This document shows positions 46,601 through 56,462 of a stretch of 64,000 bases of DNA, one piece after another. Within the stretch, counting starts at the first letter, position 1. Each line of letters opens with the position of its first letter. Both the position numbers and the translations under genes were made by a program. The notes beneath the pieces were generated by a model. That model searched no databases, had not been told where the DNA came from, and saw only the letters and a program-made list of their open reading frames with translations. The stretch covers positions 1 through 64,000 of IMG/VR virus record IMGVR_UViG_3300025141_000034. One strand, given 5' to 3'. This stretch comes from a virus.

Positions 46601-47632
46601 ATATCTTCAGAAGCTGTAAATGCAGGAACATATGCTGACAACTATGTTACAGGGACTATGACATCTGCTCCATATCCTCACAACGCAGATGCAGATGAGT
46701 TCTCTAATAATCTCAATTCAGTTGTTAGAGGTGTGGCTGGAAGCTTTATCAAGGGGACAGCACCTAATCGTGCTGGGTCTTTTCAAAGATCTGTCACCAT
46801 GTTTGACAGCTCTCAGAGATTCTATGACACGATAATGCCAGATCTTAAGACATATGTCAGACGATCAGGCGGATTTCAAGAGCTGCAAGCGTCAGGATCG
46901 ATGAGCACAATAGTCTTTAATCCGACTAAATTTTACATCGAGGGCGACGGTCATAGAATGCCATTCCCATATGATGGAAATCCTACGAGAAATATATCTG
47001 ATTCTACAAACCTATTAGTAATATCAGCCGCAGGATCTAGCTATCTGTATGGATCGTCGCAGTCGTCTCTAATTAGAAGACTTCTCTTTATGATTGGATT
47101 TGAAGGCGGAACATTTGACACGTATACCACATTTACCGGTAAGACGGGAGCAACCACTACAACTATAGCGTCATTTGCTCACGCACACCCACAGTCAACT
47201 GGCGCAATGGGATATAGGTATGGAATACAAAATATCTATCCAGAAAATCCCAGAGCCGTATTTAGAAGAGATAGCTATGGTCAATTTAGAGATATGCTTG
47301 AGCAGAGAAAAGAGGGAAGATTTTTTGAACCATTTTTATCTGACATAGATAATTTAAATCTTAGAGGTAAGAGTGAGAGCACCGTCGGCGATCCAGCTGT
47401 ATTCTGTAAGTTTACTAAACCAAGTTCAGATGAATCAGAAGATCCCTATCTAACAACGTGCTCTAATATGAGCTTTGCCTCAACGTCTTCACTTCCATTC
47501 TTCGATGGTGAGATTGTTAATATTACCAATCCAACTCTACTTAAGACAGTTGCTGTGGTGAAGGGAACAACCCTCCCAGCTGCAGTTCAGACAGCCCTGC
47601 AGACTCCTGGAATTAATTCTAAAAAGGGTTAA
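43625..47632 (+). CDS. Large S/T/G-rich virion structural protein
   Basis: 1335 aa ORF in the tail module with beta-rich composition; no specific family recognised. Confidence 0.65.
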   Translation: MPVSPFKDRFGKALALTGSASGSSPPSVGVSSSFKILNTAAGGMKTAKIDIYRQGVSITSRRYIRRDSPSTVNVSGQTATIGSLPVLTSNGMDGETLEEIHAIEVRDFGQPKLFVDDEPFEDMASMKIHTRISSDITSAYGGAIAYLNDTNQQLYPVILSNVSMKYPDQMDGVIEPFPIREVISNRSAETPFVAHRVRADILDGNIEESYGSDRVTQIMSVTASQQIDPFIDSAEIAMADGGTFTLFAPGFTSDLQRILPPFLDRGSPGAEGKERFCKILVGTGSLRDLGLIDSHHKSAGSGFTYGNNPEGTDSLAFGGLLSTGSTSMSRFLSKPPRLELRETDSRTGSYPTINRTGDRSRHGKYSINFDDRKTVIFTSASAVYPQVLNFDSPSFIFPTSSLGKVTRNLRKGVSDIRVEFTPGEALGPYDDSLISLGSSSFYMTGTTTDIMDGFSGPLKSKTQIFFDVTPSETLTLTRSPNSRFSILDSGAESTKTGFAYWNSTSRRWEQIGLKDPATGADIKFDYAAEGSAINNVTSGTNTYPQQFTPCQHTTFTKGQIIGKPFNSVLRSRLYHLIGSPTVSSFAPFKTTYHATSSQTISMSDYISHPFLLEKIVVKMEGRAQRVHPRAKEGAAIRHQDDYMFFIYRQERRNPSGSFRGGGPDDNSPGTPTPSNFFRVDSATDISGSQRFLVCSGAMTFYQGTVATTDAGSNRVTYDYKPVNSPAFSYDFNILAAGATQRVGAFTGSIKLEIEPAVATQGIKGRSVIFDSDSPNAATRGAGIYHYWPGGTTSKPFMHGGHRVNITDSYDMVKPSIYTGKAGIDASYGQWTFTQITNGTVPKSSLGPRQLPITEIDSRTFRPLGGPIGDPIEFGNNTNAAKGMAPRRDANQSAKSPYILFPEDKIVFGLEAAIAPGDISSMTGSGNAGGGFGGQNSLTGSKLEIFQSDSRQTIVFYGSLIRDGKEHHDTLNQPLTSDAIHEMIFEPVVDQWDISSEAVNAGTYADNYVTGTMTSAPYPHNADADEFSNNLNSVVRGVAGSFIKGTAPNRAGSFQRSVTMFDSSQRFYDTIMPDLKTYVRRSGGFQELQASGSMSTIVFNPTKFYIEGDGHRMPFPYDGNPTRNISDSTNLLVISAAGSSYLYGSSQSSLIRRLLFMIGFEGGTFDTYTTFTGKTGATTTTIASFAHAHPQSTGAMGYRYGIQNIYPENPRAVFRRDSYGQFRDMLEQRKEGRFFEPFLSDIDNLNLRGKSESTVGDPAVFCKFTKPSSDESEDPYLTTCSNMSFASTSSLPFFDGEIVNITNPTLLKTVAVVKGTTLPAAVQTALQTPGINSKKG

Positions 47633-47641
47633 TGAATAGTA

Positions 47642-48253
47642 ATGGCAACAACGACACTATATGATTCTGATCTTAGAAAAGTAGAATCCATTACTGTCAG
47701 GTCAGGATCAGATGAGGGAGATATTGACGTAACAATATTTCCAAACAGGATTCAGATAGGTTTGGATGATAGCGACTTCAATCATGTCAATGTAGTGTCA
47801 GGAAGCCTCAAGGTAACTGACAGGATTAACGGAAAAATACTTCACTATACACATCATAACTTTACCGTTGCATCAACAAGTGTCAACTATATTCCTATGA
47901 GCTCAACAACAGAAACTACAACTGTAACAGATCAACAGGTAGGATTTCAAGCACCCCACAACGGCCAGCTTAAGAAGGTTTTAACTAAGGTAAATGTTGT
48001 GTGGGGAACTAACCTGGCCCATAGCACAACAATTGCATTTCACAAAGGTCCTGACGGAACTGAGAGTGTTAGTGCGTCAGCAACAGAATCTGGCACAGTA
48101 GCGCTGATAGCTTCAAATACTACTAAAACAGCATCTTTCTCAAGCTCAACATTTAGTGCGGGTGATACAGTTGCAATTTCAATAGACCCATATGCAAGCA
48201 CTTCTGGAAAGGTAAGAATGACTTGTGTGTGGGAATATGACACTAACACATAA
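47642..48253 (+). CDS. Small T/S-rich virion (fibre/decoration) protein
   Basis: C-terminal domain paralogous to the ORF at 2..265. Confidence 0.65.
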   Translation: MATTTLYDSDLRKVESITVRSGSDEGDIDVTIFPNRIQIGLDDSDFNHVNVVSGSLKVTDRINGKILHYTHHNFTVASTSVNYIPMSSTTETTTVTDQQVGFQAPHNGQLKKVLTKVNVVWGTNLAHSTTIAFHKGPDGTESVSASATESGTVALIASNTTKTASFSSSTFSAGDTVAISIDPYASTSGKVRMTCVWEYDTNT

Positions 48254-48267
48254 TTAGTGAATAGGAG
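48250..48267 (+). promoter_or_regulatory. Candidate late promoter motif + SD (ATAATTAGTG...AGGAG)
   Basis: Identical 10-mer to 35971-35980, followed by AGGAG and a GTG start. Confidence 0.45.
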
Positions 48268-48272
48268 AGACA

Positions 48273-49253
48273 GTGGCTGGAATACTTGACAACAAACTTC
48301 GGATCATGGACGTTGTAGTAACAGAGGAAGGAAAGCGCCAGATCACATCTGGAAAGATGAATATTGAGTTTGCAACGTTTACTGATGGCCACACATTTTA
48401 TCAGGGAGATGTGGCTAGCGGATCAGCAGATGCTTCAGATAGAATATTTTTAGAGGCTGTGTGCCTTCCAAGGGATCAGATCACGTTTGAGACAGATGAC
48501 TCAGGAAATCTAGTGTCATTTACTGGAGGAGATTACGAGGTCGGATCTGATGGAACTCTCTATCAGGGAACAGACAACAGGAGGCTTGATCCTGTTTCAA
48601 GTGGATCAGTCTTCTCAAGCCTTGTGGATACAGTTCTCTCTTCTTCTATTGATAATTTTAAAAATCTTCAAACAATTGGAACAAAGACAATATTTGATGA
48701 TCATGCGTTTCAAACAGATGTTGACTTTATTGATTTTTATATTTCAGAAAATTCTCCAATGATAGGAGGTGCTGATGATGTTGATGCATCAATTAGCATA
48801 GACATCATAGAGCCGTTATTTTTGGATTATCGAACGTCTCACATCGATAATTTTCAGTTTCTACCTCCAATAATCACGTCTGATAGGTCGTCAACTGGAG
48901 CTGAGGAGTCATTTGGAGAGTACACAGACCTTAATCAGCTTGTGTATCAGGGGACCGAGGCGACGTGGATGACAGCATATGGTTCACGAAGCACATACTC
49001 TACACTTTACGGATATCAGTATTCTGATATTGAGTTTACAAAGAATAGTAAAGATGCAAATATCATGTTTCAAGTCTTTGAGTCAGGTGGAACAGTTGAC
49101 TCGAGGCTGAAGAAGCTTGACGTTATTGATGCAGGTGTGTATGTCACAGATGAGGGACTTTCCTATCAGACATTTTTTGTCGGAAAGGTCTTTATTGATA
49201 GTGTTGGACAGCCTACATTTGTTAACATATTTCAGATAACACTGGCGGAGTAA
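48273..49253 (+). CDS. Virion protein; N-terminus paralogous to 58585..59292
   Basis: MAGILDNKLRIMDVVVTEEGKRQI...FATFTD vs MGFLDHSTNNIILDAVLTDKGRQLL...YALSD. Confidence 0.65.
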   Translation: MAGILDNKLRIMDVVVTEEGKRQITSGKMNIEFATFTDGHTFYQGDVASGSADASDRIFLEAVCLPRDQITFETDDSGNLVSFTGGDYEVGSDGTLYQGTDNRRLDPVSSGSVFSSLVDTVLSSSIDNFKNLQTIGTKTIFDDHAFQTDVDFIDFYISENSPMIGGADDVDASISIDIIEPLFLDYRTSHIDNFQFLPPIITSDRSSTGAEESFGEYTDLNQLVYQGTEATWMTAYGSRSTYSTLYGYQYSDIEFTKNSKDANIMFQVFESGGTVDSRLKKLDVIDAGVYVTDEGLSYQTFFVGKVFIDSVGQPTFVNIFQITLAE

Positions 49254-49256
49254 AAA

Positions 49257-52040
49257 GTGAAGATAAGTCTACCTGTAATTTCTGCACTTCAAGATGGTGA
49301 TGAGATATGCGAGATTAAAGACTATGCGACAACATCAACTGGAGACATTGTCTATAACTACTCCTTCTCTATTGATGCAACTACAAATGATCTTTTAAAT
49401 AATGACGTCGTAAGCCTAAGAGTTACACTGCTATCTACAAAGACGTCATCACCTACAAATGACTTTAGAAAGTTAGCTTCCGGAGATCTCTCTCCCGTAT
49501 CAGATTCAGTCGGATTGACTATTTCCGATAAGAAAGAGCAGTCATTTTCTAAAAATTCTACAGTCGCAACTTCTATTCTTAAGTCACACATACAGATGAA
49601 ACAGTCAATAAGAGATAATAAAATATCTGAATCACTATCTAGAATTGATTATGCAGAAATTTCTGTTGATTCAATAATGAATGCAGATTCAAAATCTGCA
49701 CTTCTAGAAGGAAAGACTAGGACGGCAATCACGTCAGGAACTGGCGATGAAATTTCGCTGGGCTCAAGAGTTTCTGATATATTTTTTGATGGCGACTTTG
49801 AGATATCAACGCAGAGAAGAAAGAATATATCCGCTGCTAAGTCATCACAGGCTAGCGATATTCCCGTCTTAGATACAATTCTTGTTCAACCGCCTAGCCC
49901 AAGTGCTAGATCGAATCGTGGAAGTTCATCAAAAAACTATGAGACAGATGCTAGCGGAAATGTTGTAGAGGTCTCAGGAATTCCAAACATTAGCCAGTCT
50001 ACAACACAAGATCCTCTCTCTGGAATACTTGAAAGATCTGGAAAGGGAAGTTCTACTCCCTCATCTATTGACTCAAGTCCGCAGGCAGCGAGTTGGACAT
50101 CTGCAATGGCTCACGGTCTGGCTTCTTCACAGATTATTGCAAAGGATATGGGTAGTATCATAAATTCAGCACATGATAACTTTGCAGGTACATCAACAAA
50201 ATTTTCATCAGATGTTAGTGGGAAATCAGCTTTAACAACAGATGACGTTGATCAGCTTGCAGCTTCTCTAAGGTCGGGATTGGAAAAAATTCCAAGTGTG
50301 CCACCGTCAAAGATGTCAGATATCAATGGTAGTGAATATGTCTCAGTCAAGGTTGACACAACTACAGAAAATCTAATATTTAAGACAGATTTAAGTGTTC
50401 CTTCATCGTTACTGTCTAATCCGTCATCTTTTTATGTGGTTTTAGATCTAATGGACACGAATGGAAGAACTGTTCAAACAAAAACAAGAGTTATAGATCA
50501 CGCTAAAAAAGTTTCCGAGCTATATTATTTAACAATTCCGCCATCCATTACAGCAATTCAATCTGAAGATTCAACGATTCGTGTTACTTTAAATCAGATG
50601 GACCCTAGCGGGAAGAAAATCCGTCTGCTTACAAAGGTCATGGATGAGATAACATTTACTAATGGTGATGTATTTCAAACAGTTGGAACATACAATGCAA
50701 CCCATAAGGGTGACTCAGTGAGCATTGGAATCAACCCGCATCCTGGAAATACAATTCTAGTTAGAGCAATTGCAATGTCTTCAGCTGGTGCCTTAGGAAC
50801 ATTTTCAGATGTAATAATAAAATCCGTCTCCAAACCTCCGGCAATATTACTTGGAAATGAGCTTGGTGAACCTGCAATTTCTTCTAAAAATATTTTATCT
50901 GGAATAGAGGTTTCAGCAACAGTTATGATAGGAAGCCCGGTTGCAATATACTTCTTACGCAAGGATCTGACTGCTGGTGAGAGACTATTTACAACTCTAT
51001 CACCTAAGTCTTATGATGCATTCTACAGGGGTGGAAAGAGATGTCAGCTAATTGATACAGCTGTAACAAAAGATCATGTGTATGAATATAAGTGTAAGTT
51101 AATTTTTAAAAATGGTTTAGAGAAAATTTCTAAGAATAGTGCAATTATTTTAAATTTTAAAATTCAGGATAATATTTCAATAGAATCTCAGACTCCCAAG
51201 ATTAAAAAAATAAGCTCAAAAGGTGCATATTCAATTAAGGTTGATATGAAAATTAATATTCCTGAATCAGATGCCGATACTGTTAAATCTATTTTTGACA
51301 ATTTAGGACTGTCAGATATCTTTAGTGACGAAATATCAGATATTAAAGATGAACTTGAAACTATTGCTGTCTTTAGCGTTAAGCGATTTGACTTTAAAAC
51401 TGGAATCGAGCATGACTTAGGAATGTTTCCACAGGGCTTATTTACAGATGAAGGTGATTTAACAAAGGGTATTCCCACACCTGATAGCGGCGGTGAATTT
51501 TTGTATAAGTTTGAGGCATTGATTAGGGTGCCTAGTGAAGCTCTCTCTGACGTTTCTGTAAAGACTGATCCAAACTTTAGTGAGAAATTTATATCACCAA
51601 TAGCAATTCGTGATGGAACACTGTCGTATGGAAGCTCACTTATATCTAACCACGCTGAAAATGTCTTCGAATTAGGTAAGACGGGAATTGTTAAGACTGT
51701 GAGAGTCACAATACCCTCTACAGATTCAGTTCAAATAAATTCTAACAAGATTAAAGTGACAAATAAGAATGATGTGAGAGTTTCATGGACAGTTTCAGGA
51801 AACATTGCCAAGATAGATCACTTTATTATTTTAGCATCTAGAAATGGTGTGACGATCCCAGTGGGAACACATCACAGTTCATCAAGGGGAGGTGGATTCT
51901 CCTATGTAGACACATCTCAGAAAAATATTCTAGGAATGATTAAGTACAGTATTGTACCAGTTTTTTCAGATTTTACAAGAGGCTTACCGTCATCTGTGGG
52001 CTCAGCAGTGATCAGTAAGGAGGTTTCAAATGGCAGGTAG
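49257..52040 (+). CDS. Virion protein with FN3/Ig-like domains
   Basis: LIDTAV.KDHVYEYKCK, FTDEG...FLYKFE, VSWT...SYVDTS...KYSIVPV repeats. Confidence 0.6.
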   Translation: MKISLPVISALQDGDEICEIKDYATTSTGDIVYNYSFSIDATTNDLLNNDVVSLRVTLLSTKTSSPTNDFRKLASGDLSPVSDSVGLTISDKKEQSFSKNSTVATSILKSHIQMKQSIRDNKISESLSRIDYAEISVDSIMNADSKSALLEGKTRTAITSGTGDEISLGSRVSDIFFDGDFEISTQRRKNISAAKSSQASDIPVLDTILVQPPSPSARSNRGSSSKNYETDASGNVVEVSGIPNISQSTTQDPLSGILERSGKGSSTPSSIDSSPQAASWTSAMAHGLASSQIIAKDMGSIINSAHDNFAGTSTKFSSDVSGKSALTTDDVDQLAASLRSGLEKIPSVPPSKMSDINGSEYVSVKVDTTTENLIFKTDLSVPSSLLSNPSSFYVVLDLMDTNGRTVQTKTRVIDHAKKVSELYYLTIPPSITAIQSEDSTIRVTLNQMDPSGKKIRLLTKVMDEITFTNGDVFQTVGTYNATHKGDSVSIGINPHPGNTILVRAIAMSSAGALGTFSDVIIKSVSKPPAILLGNELGEPAISSKNILSGIEVSATVMIGSPVAIYFLRKDLTAGERLFTTLSPKSYDAFYRGGKRCQLIDTAVTKDHVYEYKCKLIFKNGLEKISKNSAIILNFKIQDNISIESQTPKIKKISSKGAYSIKVDMKINIPESDADTVKSIFDNLGLSDIFSDEISDIKDELETIAVFSVKRFDFKTGIEHDLGMFPQGLFTDEGDLTKGIPTPDSGGEFLYKFEALIRVPSEALSDVSVKTDPNFSEKFISPIAIRDGTLSYGSSLISNHAENVFELGKTGIVKTVRVTIPSTDSVQINSNKIKVTNKNDVRVSWTVSGNIAKIDHFIILASRNGVTIPVGTHHSSSRGGGFSYVDTSQKNILGMIKYSIVPVFSDFTRGLPSSVGSAVISKEVSNGR

Positions 52041-55000
52041 TGATTATATGGCACAGGCATCAGGAGCTGAACCATCAGTGACATCAGGGGATCTTGTTCC
52101 CTCTGAGGTCTTGGATCAGGTTTTAAATATGCCAGCTGTCAACCTCGTCTCTCCAGCTAAGAGTAATATAGACAGCCTGGAAGAATCAACATCTGTCCCA
52201 TCTCAAAGTGACACGTCGACAATTGAGGGAAGCGTTGACTTTATAGATGCAACAGACCAGGCATTGACAAATTTGACAAATCCTGCTGCAGTTGCAGGTC
52301 TATCTACAAAGGCACCCGAGTTGATCGGATCCTTTGACTTCGTTCCGCTCTATCCGTCTGACTCAGATATTCCACACCAGAGCGTCTTTAACGCGATCCA
52401 CATGAATGTCATGCTAGATAGCCTGACAAGGGAGGCTGCTAAAAACTGTCTCAATAAGATTCTTCAAAATGATGGTAACGTGACAGATACACTGATCTCA
52501 TCTCTTCAGCCAAGTTCATTTAACACATACAGTGAGTTCCTAGATGCTTTTGGAAATATAGCAAGATACGCATTCTTTGTCCAGAAGCTATATGGTGTTA
52601 ATTTCGGGTGGGACGATCTATACTCAGCATTTGATGCCATGAGATCTGCACTTAAGTCTAGGTTTAGTATAGATGCCTCTCAATCAACGTGGGAAGAGAT
52701 GGCAGGAGCTGGTCATTCCGGAGCAAGCGCAGTTGCTGACACACAGGGCTACCTATGGGCTGTATCAGGAGGCTCTGGATCTGATGAGCTTAGCACTGGT
52801 CACATATCAAAGCAAGATCACATGTCTGATCTTGTCAATGTAAGTAATAAGAATGAGATATCCGACACAGCGTTTATCGGTCAGATCATTCAGGATCTAA
52901 GAAGAAGCGTTTTACTTATCTCACCTCAAATGAGAGATGGAGATAGGGACGGAGAAGATGTATCTACAGACGGTGCGTATTCTGTCAGAGATGACATGAA
53001 TGATACCGATTCTTTCGTCAACAAGATGATCATGGGACTGAATGCGCTTAATACATCAAGCGATATTGAAGCTACTGTTACATCTCAGGTTGAGCAGATT
53101 TTAATGCTCTCACAGGATGACTACTTGACATTTACGTCAAATCTACTCGGACCGGATGCTGGAACGTCTGGAGCTCAAGACCTAATCTCCATCTGCCACC
53201 TCATCACACGTGATGTGTATATGTCATTTATGAAGAGGACAACAGCTGTGCTGTATGATGCATACAAAGCTCTCGATGCCCAGTCGATTGGAACAAATCC
53301 CTCAGTTGAGCTTCTTGTCAATGAGACTATAGGTAATATCGGAGGAAGTCTTTCAACAAGCACACCCGCATCAGAGTCTATTGCCTCTCTTTTAAACCCA
53401 GTAAGTGATGCAACAGGTGGAGAGAGAACATTCACATTTGAAAGATTCTCAATAGACTCATCATTTGGTCTAAATGCTAGGGCAGGATTTGACGTATTTT
53501 CAGGAGACCTCTTTGACATGCTCAAGACACCACTTTTACTTAGATCCGCTGCAATTTTAGACTTTAGCTTCGGTGTATTTGCTGATGACTTTACCAGAAA
53601 AGCTCAGTCTATAGCACAAATGGTTCCAATTCTTATCGGAGGCGCAAAGGGTTCAAACTCCCTGTGGAAGGCTACAACGACATTGTTGGCAGACTATCTT
53701 TTAGGTCAAAACTTCACAGAGGTCGGTTCGGATCTTGCATTTCATGATATCTCTAGTGATGCCTGGGAAGATGCACTTGGAGGCTACGGAGACTGGTCGG
53801 GAGAACAGGACGAGTATGAGTTTATTAGACTTGGAATCTTCGGACACGCTATCGATAGCGAGGAGATCGGCTATCTATTAACAAGATATCTAGATCTCAG
53901 GCACCTGCTGAAGGTGATGGATGCTAGCTGGGAGTCTAAGATGTCTGGATCTGAGATCTTAGATGAAGGTTCAGTTGAAACTGAATTTGAGGAAAATTAT
54001 GAGCAATTTTATGTGATAGCAAAAGAGCTAGCAGAGAAGGTCACTGAGGTCTTAGGAGTAACAAGCTATGGTGATTTTACAGGTGCAATTGATGAGGCAT
54101 CGTATGATGTATCTTCTGCACAAAGTGTTTCATTCAAGCCTTCCGGGTTTATGACATCAGAGGAAAAAAAGTCATATGCTATTTCAGAGCTAGATGTCAT
54201 GGAGACTCCGATAGGAATAGCCCTCTTGACTAGTGTTAGTAGCTCTGAGAGCATATTTGATCTGCCCTATAGGGTTCTGGCATCATTCTATGACACGCTT
54301 TTAAATGAAGCCTTTGTTTCAGACGAGGGTGATCGAGTTTCATCAACTGATCTCACAGAAGATGATAACACAAGAGTTTCTGCTGCAAAAGCGCTAATGA
54401 GCGCGGGACTTGAGAAGCTGGAAATTACAACTGACTATCGAGGCTGGTCTGACACGCTGAGAAGGCGTGCTATAACTCACATGATAGCCACCCTTATTGA
54501 CAGATTCATAGATCCAAATCTATGGGTATATTCTAGCGCTGTAGTGACAGATGCCGCAGTGGGACCGATGCCAGGTGCCCGAGGCGGCGAGGATTTCACA
54601 ATACTTGGGCAGAATGTATCTGCTCAAATATTTACACAGATCTATCTTATCATTGATAGCATGAAAGTCACACAGTTTACTGCAATCGTGAGAGACATGA
54701 ATGATCTCGGCTACGGCGGAGGCGGATATGTGATATATGATGACGTCATTGACCTCCTTAAGTCACTAGATGATGGTGGAGCATTTGAGGAGACAGAGGG
54801 GTCTATCAAGTATGTTCACACACAGCTTCTCAATGAGTATGCCAAGACTGAGTCATACTGTGAGGCTCTCAAGATAGTCGGAGAGACACTGAAAAATGAG
54901 TATGATGCTGTTTCAGCTACAATCGTGGGTCAGGGTGTATCCAATCTAGTCTCGCTAGTTGAGCTAGCTGCAAGCAATGCTATCAGTAATTCAGATAATC

Positions 55001-56451
55001 CAGTTGCCTCAACACTGACCTCAGACGACGCATTTTCAGCAATATTAAGCACAGCAATGTTTCCTGAGACCCTCAGCGCAAAGACAGTTGCTAAAGAATG
55101 CTCTCGATACGTGTCTTCTGGAGGCTACTACGATAGTGAGATTAGCTCAGGAGAGCAGAATGCGGCTGTAGATCTGCTTATTCCCTCTTCTGAGGTCATT
55201 CCTGCAAATCGCCTATCACAGAGAATAATTCCATCTCTTAAGCTAATGACTGCCCAGGGAAGGGAGCAGACAACAGGTGAAAAAAGTGATCCCATATCAG
55301 TCAAGGGTGATCCTGACAATGACCGAAAGGAGATACTTGCTGTCGGTCTGCCTCCAGGACTCACAGAGAGATTGAGAGAGGAGGCTGCAGTTTTTAGCTC
55401 TGGCGGATATAGCCCAGAGGACTATGAGCAGAGCCCGTTAGTATGCATCAAGGTGTGGAAGAAGGATCTCGACCGAGGTGATGTCGTCTACAAGCCCCAG
55501 AACTACGTTTTTGATACACGTGTGTATCCATCTGTTTACGACGGATGGGATGGCGGAAACACTACAAGCAAGATCGTAGCTAAGGGAATCGGTGCATCAG
55601 CTAAGTTGAGTGAAACTGACTTTGGGGAGCCTGTGTACACAATCGACACTTCGACTGAAGACGTTTCTCTGGACTGGGAGACCCTTATGTCGACAAGAGG
55701 TATGAGTACAGTGGAATACTCAGACCCTTCACAGTTTGTTGATCTATATGATGATCTTCGATTTCGCCTTATTTTAAGATCACCTCTTCGGGGAACATCC
55801 TATGGATGGGTGCAAGAGTCAGGCAGCCTAAATGACATATTTGAAAGCTCCTCTGCAGATGAGATTAAAAAGAATCATCTTCAGGATTACCTTCTAAGTC
55901 AGTACCTTAGGGTTGTCGCAGGAGTGAACGTAGAGAATGTAGCATTTCAATTATTTAAGAAGGGGACGTCCACGATGGCAACAGGTGACGGCGCCGGGCT
56001 TGGAACAGGCGCAGATGATTTTTCATTTATAAGTGACATACTTAGCATGAATCCTTCTTTCTCGGATGACTTCAGGGACGGCGACTATATTAAAAATGTC
56101 AGATCAGACATCTTAAGCATGATAGACAAGGGCATCACAGACGATATTATTAGCAACTTTGGTGTTAGTAGCACGATATCTAAGAATGTTACCTCAAAGA
56201 TCAGTCAGTCCCTTCTATTCTCTCCTGAAAAGTATTTTAATAGACATGTTCTTCCCCGACTCTTTGAGAGGGTATTCTGTATTCTCATTGATCCAGACGG
56301 ATTTGACATAGACACAGATGAGACGACTGGAATTGACACTTCTGATGATAATGTTCTCGCGGCATATAAGTCCGAGATATTTAATTTTTACGTTACAGTT
56401 GAGATTTTACCGGTCCAATCAGGTGACGGATTTGAAACCTCTGCAGACTAA
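52030..56451 (+). CDS. Very large acidic virion-associated protein
   Basis: 1473 aa, D/E/S-rich, largely helical-looking; lies in the structural operon with GGAGG SD. Confidence 0.6.
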   Translation: MAGSDYMAQASGAEPSVTSGDLVPSEVLDQVLNMPAVNLVSPAKSNIDSLEESTSVPSQSDTSTIEGSVDFIDATDQALTNLTNPAAVAGLSTKAPELIGSFDFVPLYPSDSDIPHQSVFNAIHMNVMLDSLTREAAKNCLNKILQNDGNVTDTLISSLQPSSFNTYSEFLDAFGNIARYAFFVQKLYGVNFGWDDLYSAFDAMRSALKSRFSIDASQSTWEEMAGAGHSGASAVADTQGYLWAVSGGSGSDELSTGHISKQDHMSDLVNVSNKNEISDTAFIGQIIQDLRRSVLLISPQMRDGDRDGEDVSTDGAYSVRDDMNDTDSFVNKMIMGLNALNTSSDIEATVTSQVEQILMLSQDDYLTFTSNLLGPDAGTSGAQDLISICHLITRDVYMSFMKRTTAVLYDAYKALDAQSIGTNPSVELLVNETIGNIGGSLSTSTPASESIASLLNPVSDATGGERTFTFERFSIDSSFGLNARAGFDVFSGDLFDMLKTPLLLRSAAILDFSFGVFADDFTRKAQSIAQMVPILIGGAKGSNSLWKATTTLLADYLLGQNFTEVGSDLAFHDISSDAWEDALGGYGDWSGEQDEYEFIRLGIFGHAIDSEEIGYLLTRYLDLRHLLKVMDASWESKMSGSEILDEGSVETEFEENYEQFYVIAKELAEKVTEVLGVTSYGDFTGAIDEASYDVSSAQSVSFKPSGFMTSEEKKSYAISELDVMETPIGIALLTSVSSSESIFDLPYRVLASFYDTLLNEAFVSDEGDRVSSTDLTEDDNTRVSAAKALMSAGLEKLEITTDYRGWSDTLRRRAITHMIATLIDRFIDPNLWVYSSAVVTDAAVGPMPGARGGEDFTILGQNVSAQIFTQIYLIIDSMKVTQFTAIVRDMNDLGYGGGGYVIYDDVIDLLKSLDDGGAFEETEGSIKYVHTQLLNEYAKTESYCEALKIVGETLKNEYDAVSATIVGQGVSNLVSLVELAASNAISNSDNPVASTLTSDDAFSAILSTAMFPETLSAKTVAKECSRYVSSGGYYDSEISSGEQNAAVDLLIPSSEVIPANRLSQRIIPSLKLMTAQGREQTTGEKSDPISVKGDPDNDRKEILAVGLPPGLTERLREEAAVFSSGGYSPEDYEQSPLVCIKVWKKDLDRGDVVYKPQNYVFDTRVYPSVYDGWDGGNTTSKIVAKGIGASAKLSETDFGEPVYTIDTSTEDVSLDWETLMSTRGMSTVEYSDPSQFVDLYDDLRFRLILRSPLRGTSYGWVQESGSLNDIFESSSADEIKKNHLQDYLLSQYLRVVAGVNVENVAFQLFKKGTSTMATGDGAGLGTGADDFSFISDILSMNPSFSDDFRDGDYIKNVRSDILSMIDKGITDDIISNFGVSSTISKNVTSKISQSLLFSPEKYFNRHVLPRLFERVFCILIDPDGFDIDTDETTGIDTSDDNVLAAYKSEIFNFYVTVEILPVQSGDGFETSAD

Positions 56452-56462
56452 TAGGATTTAAC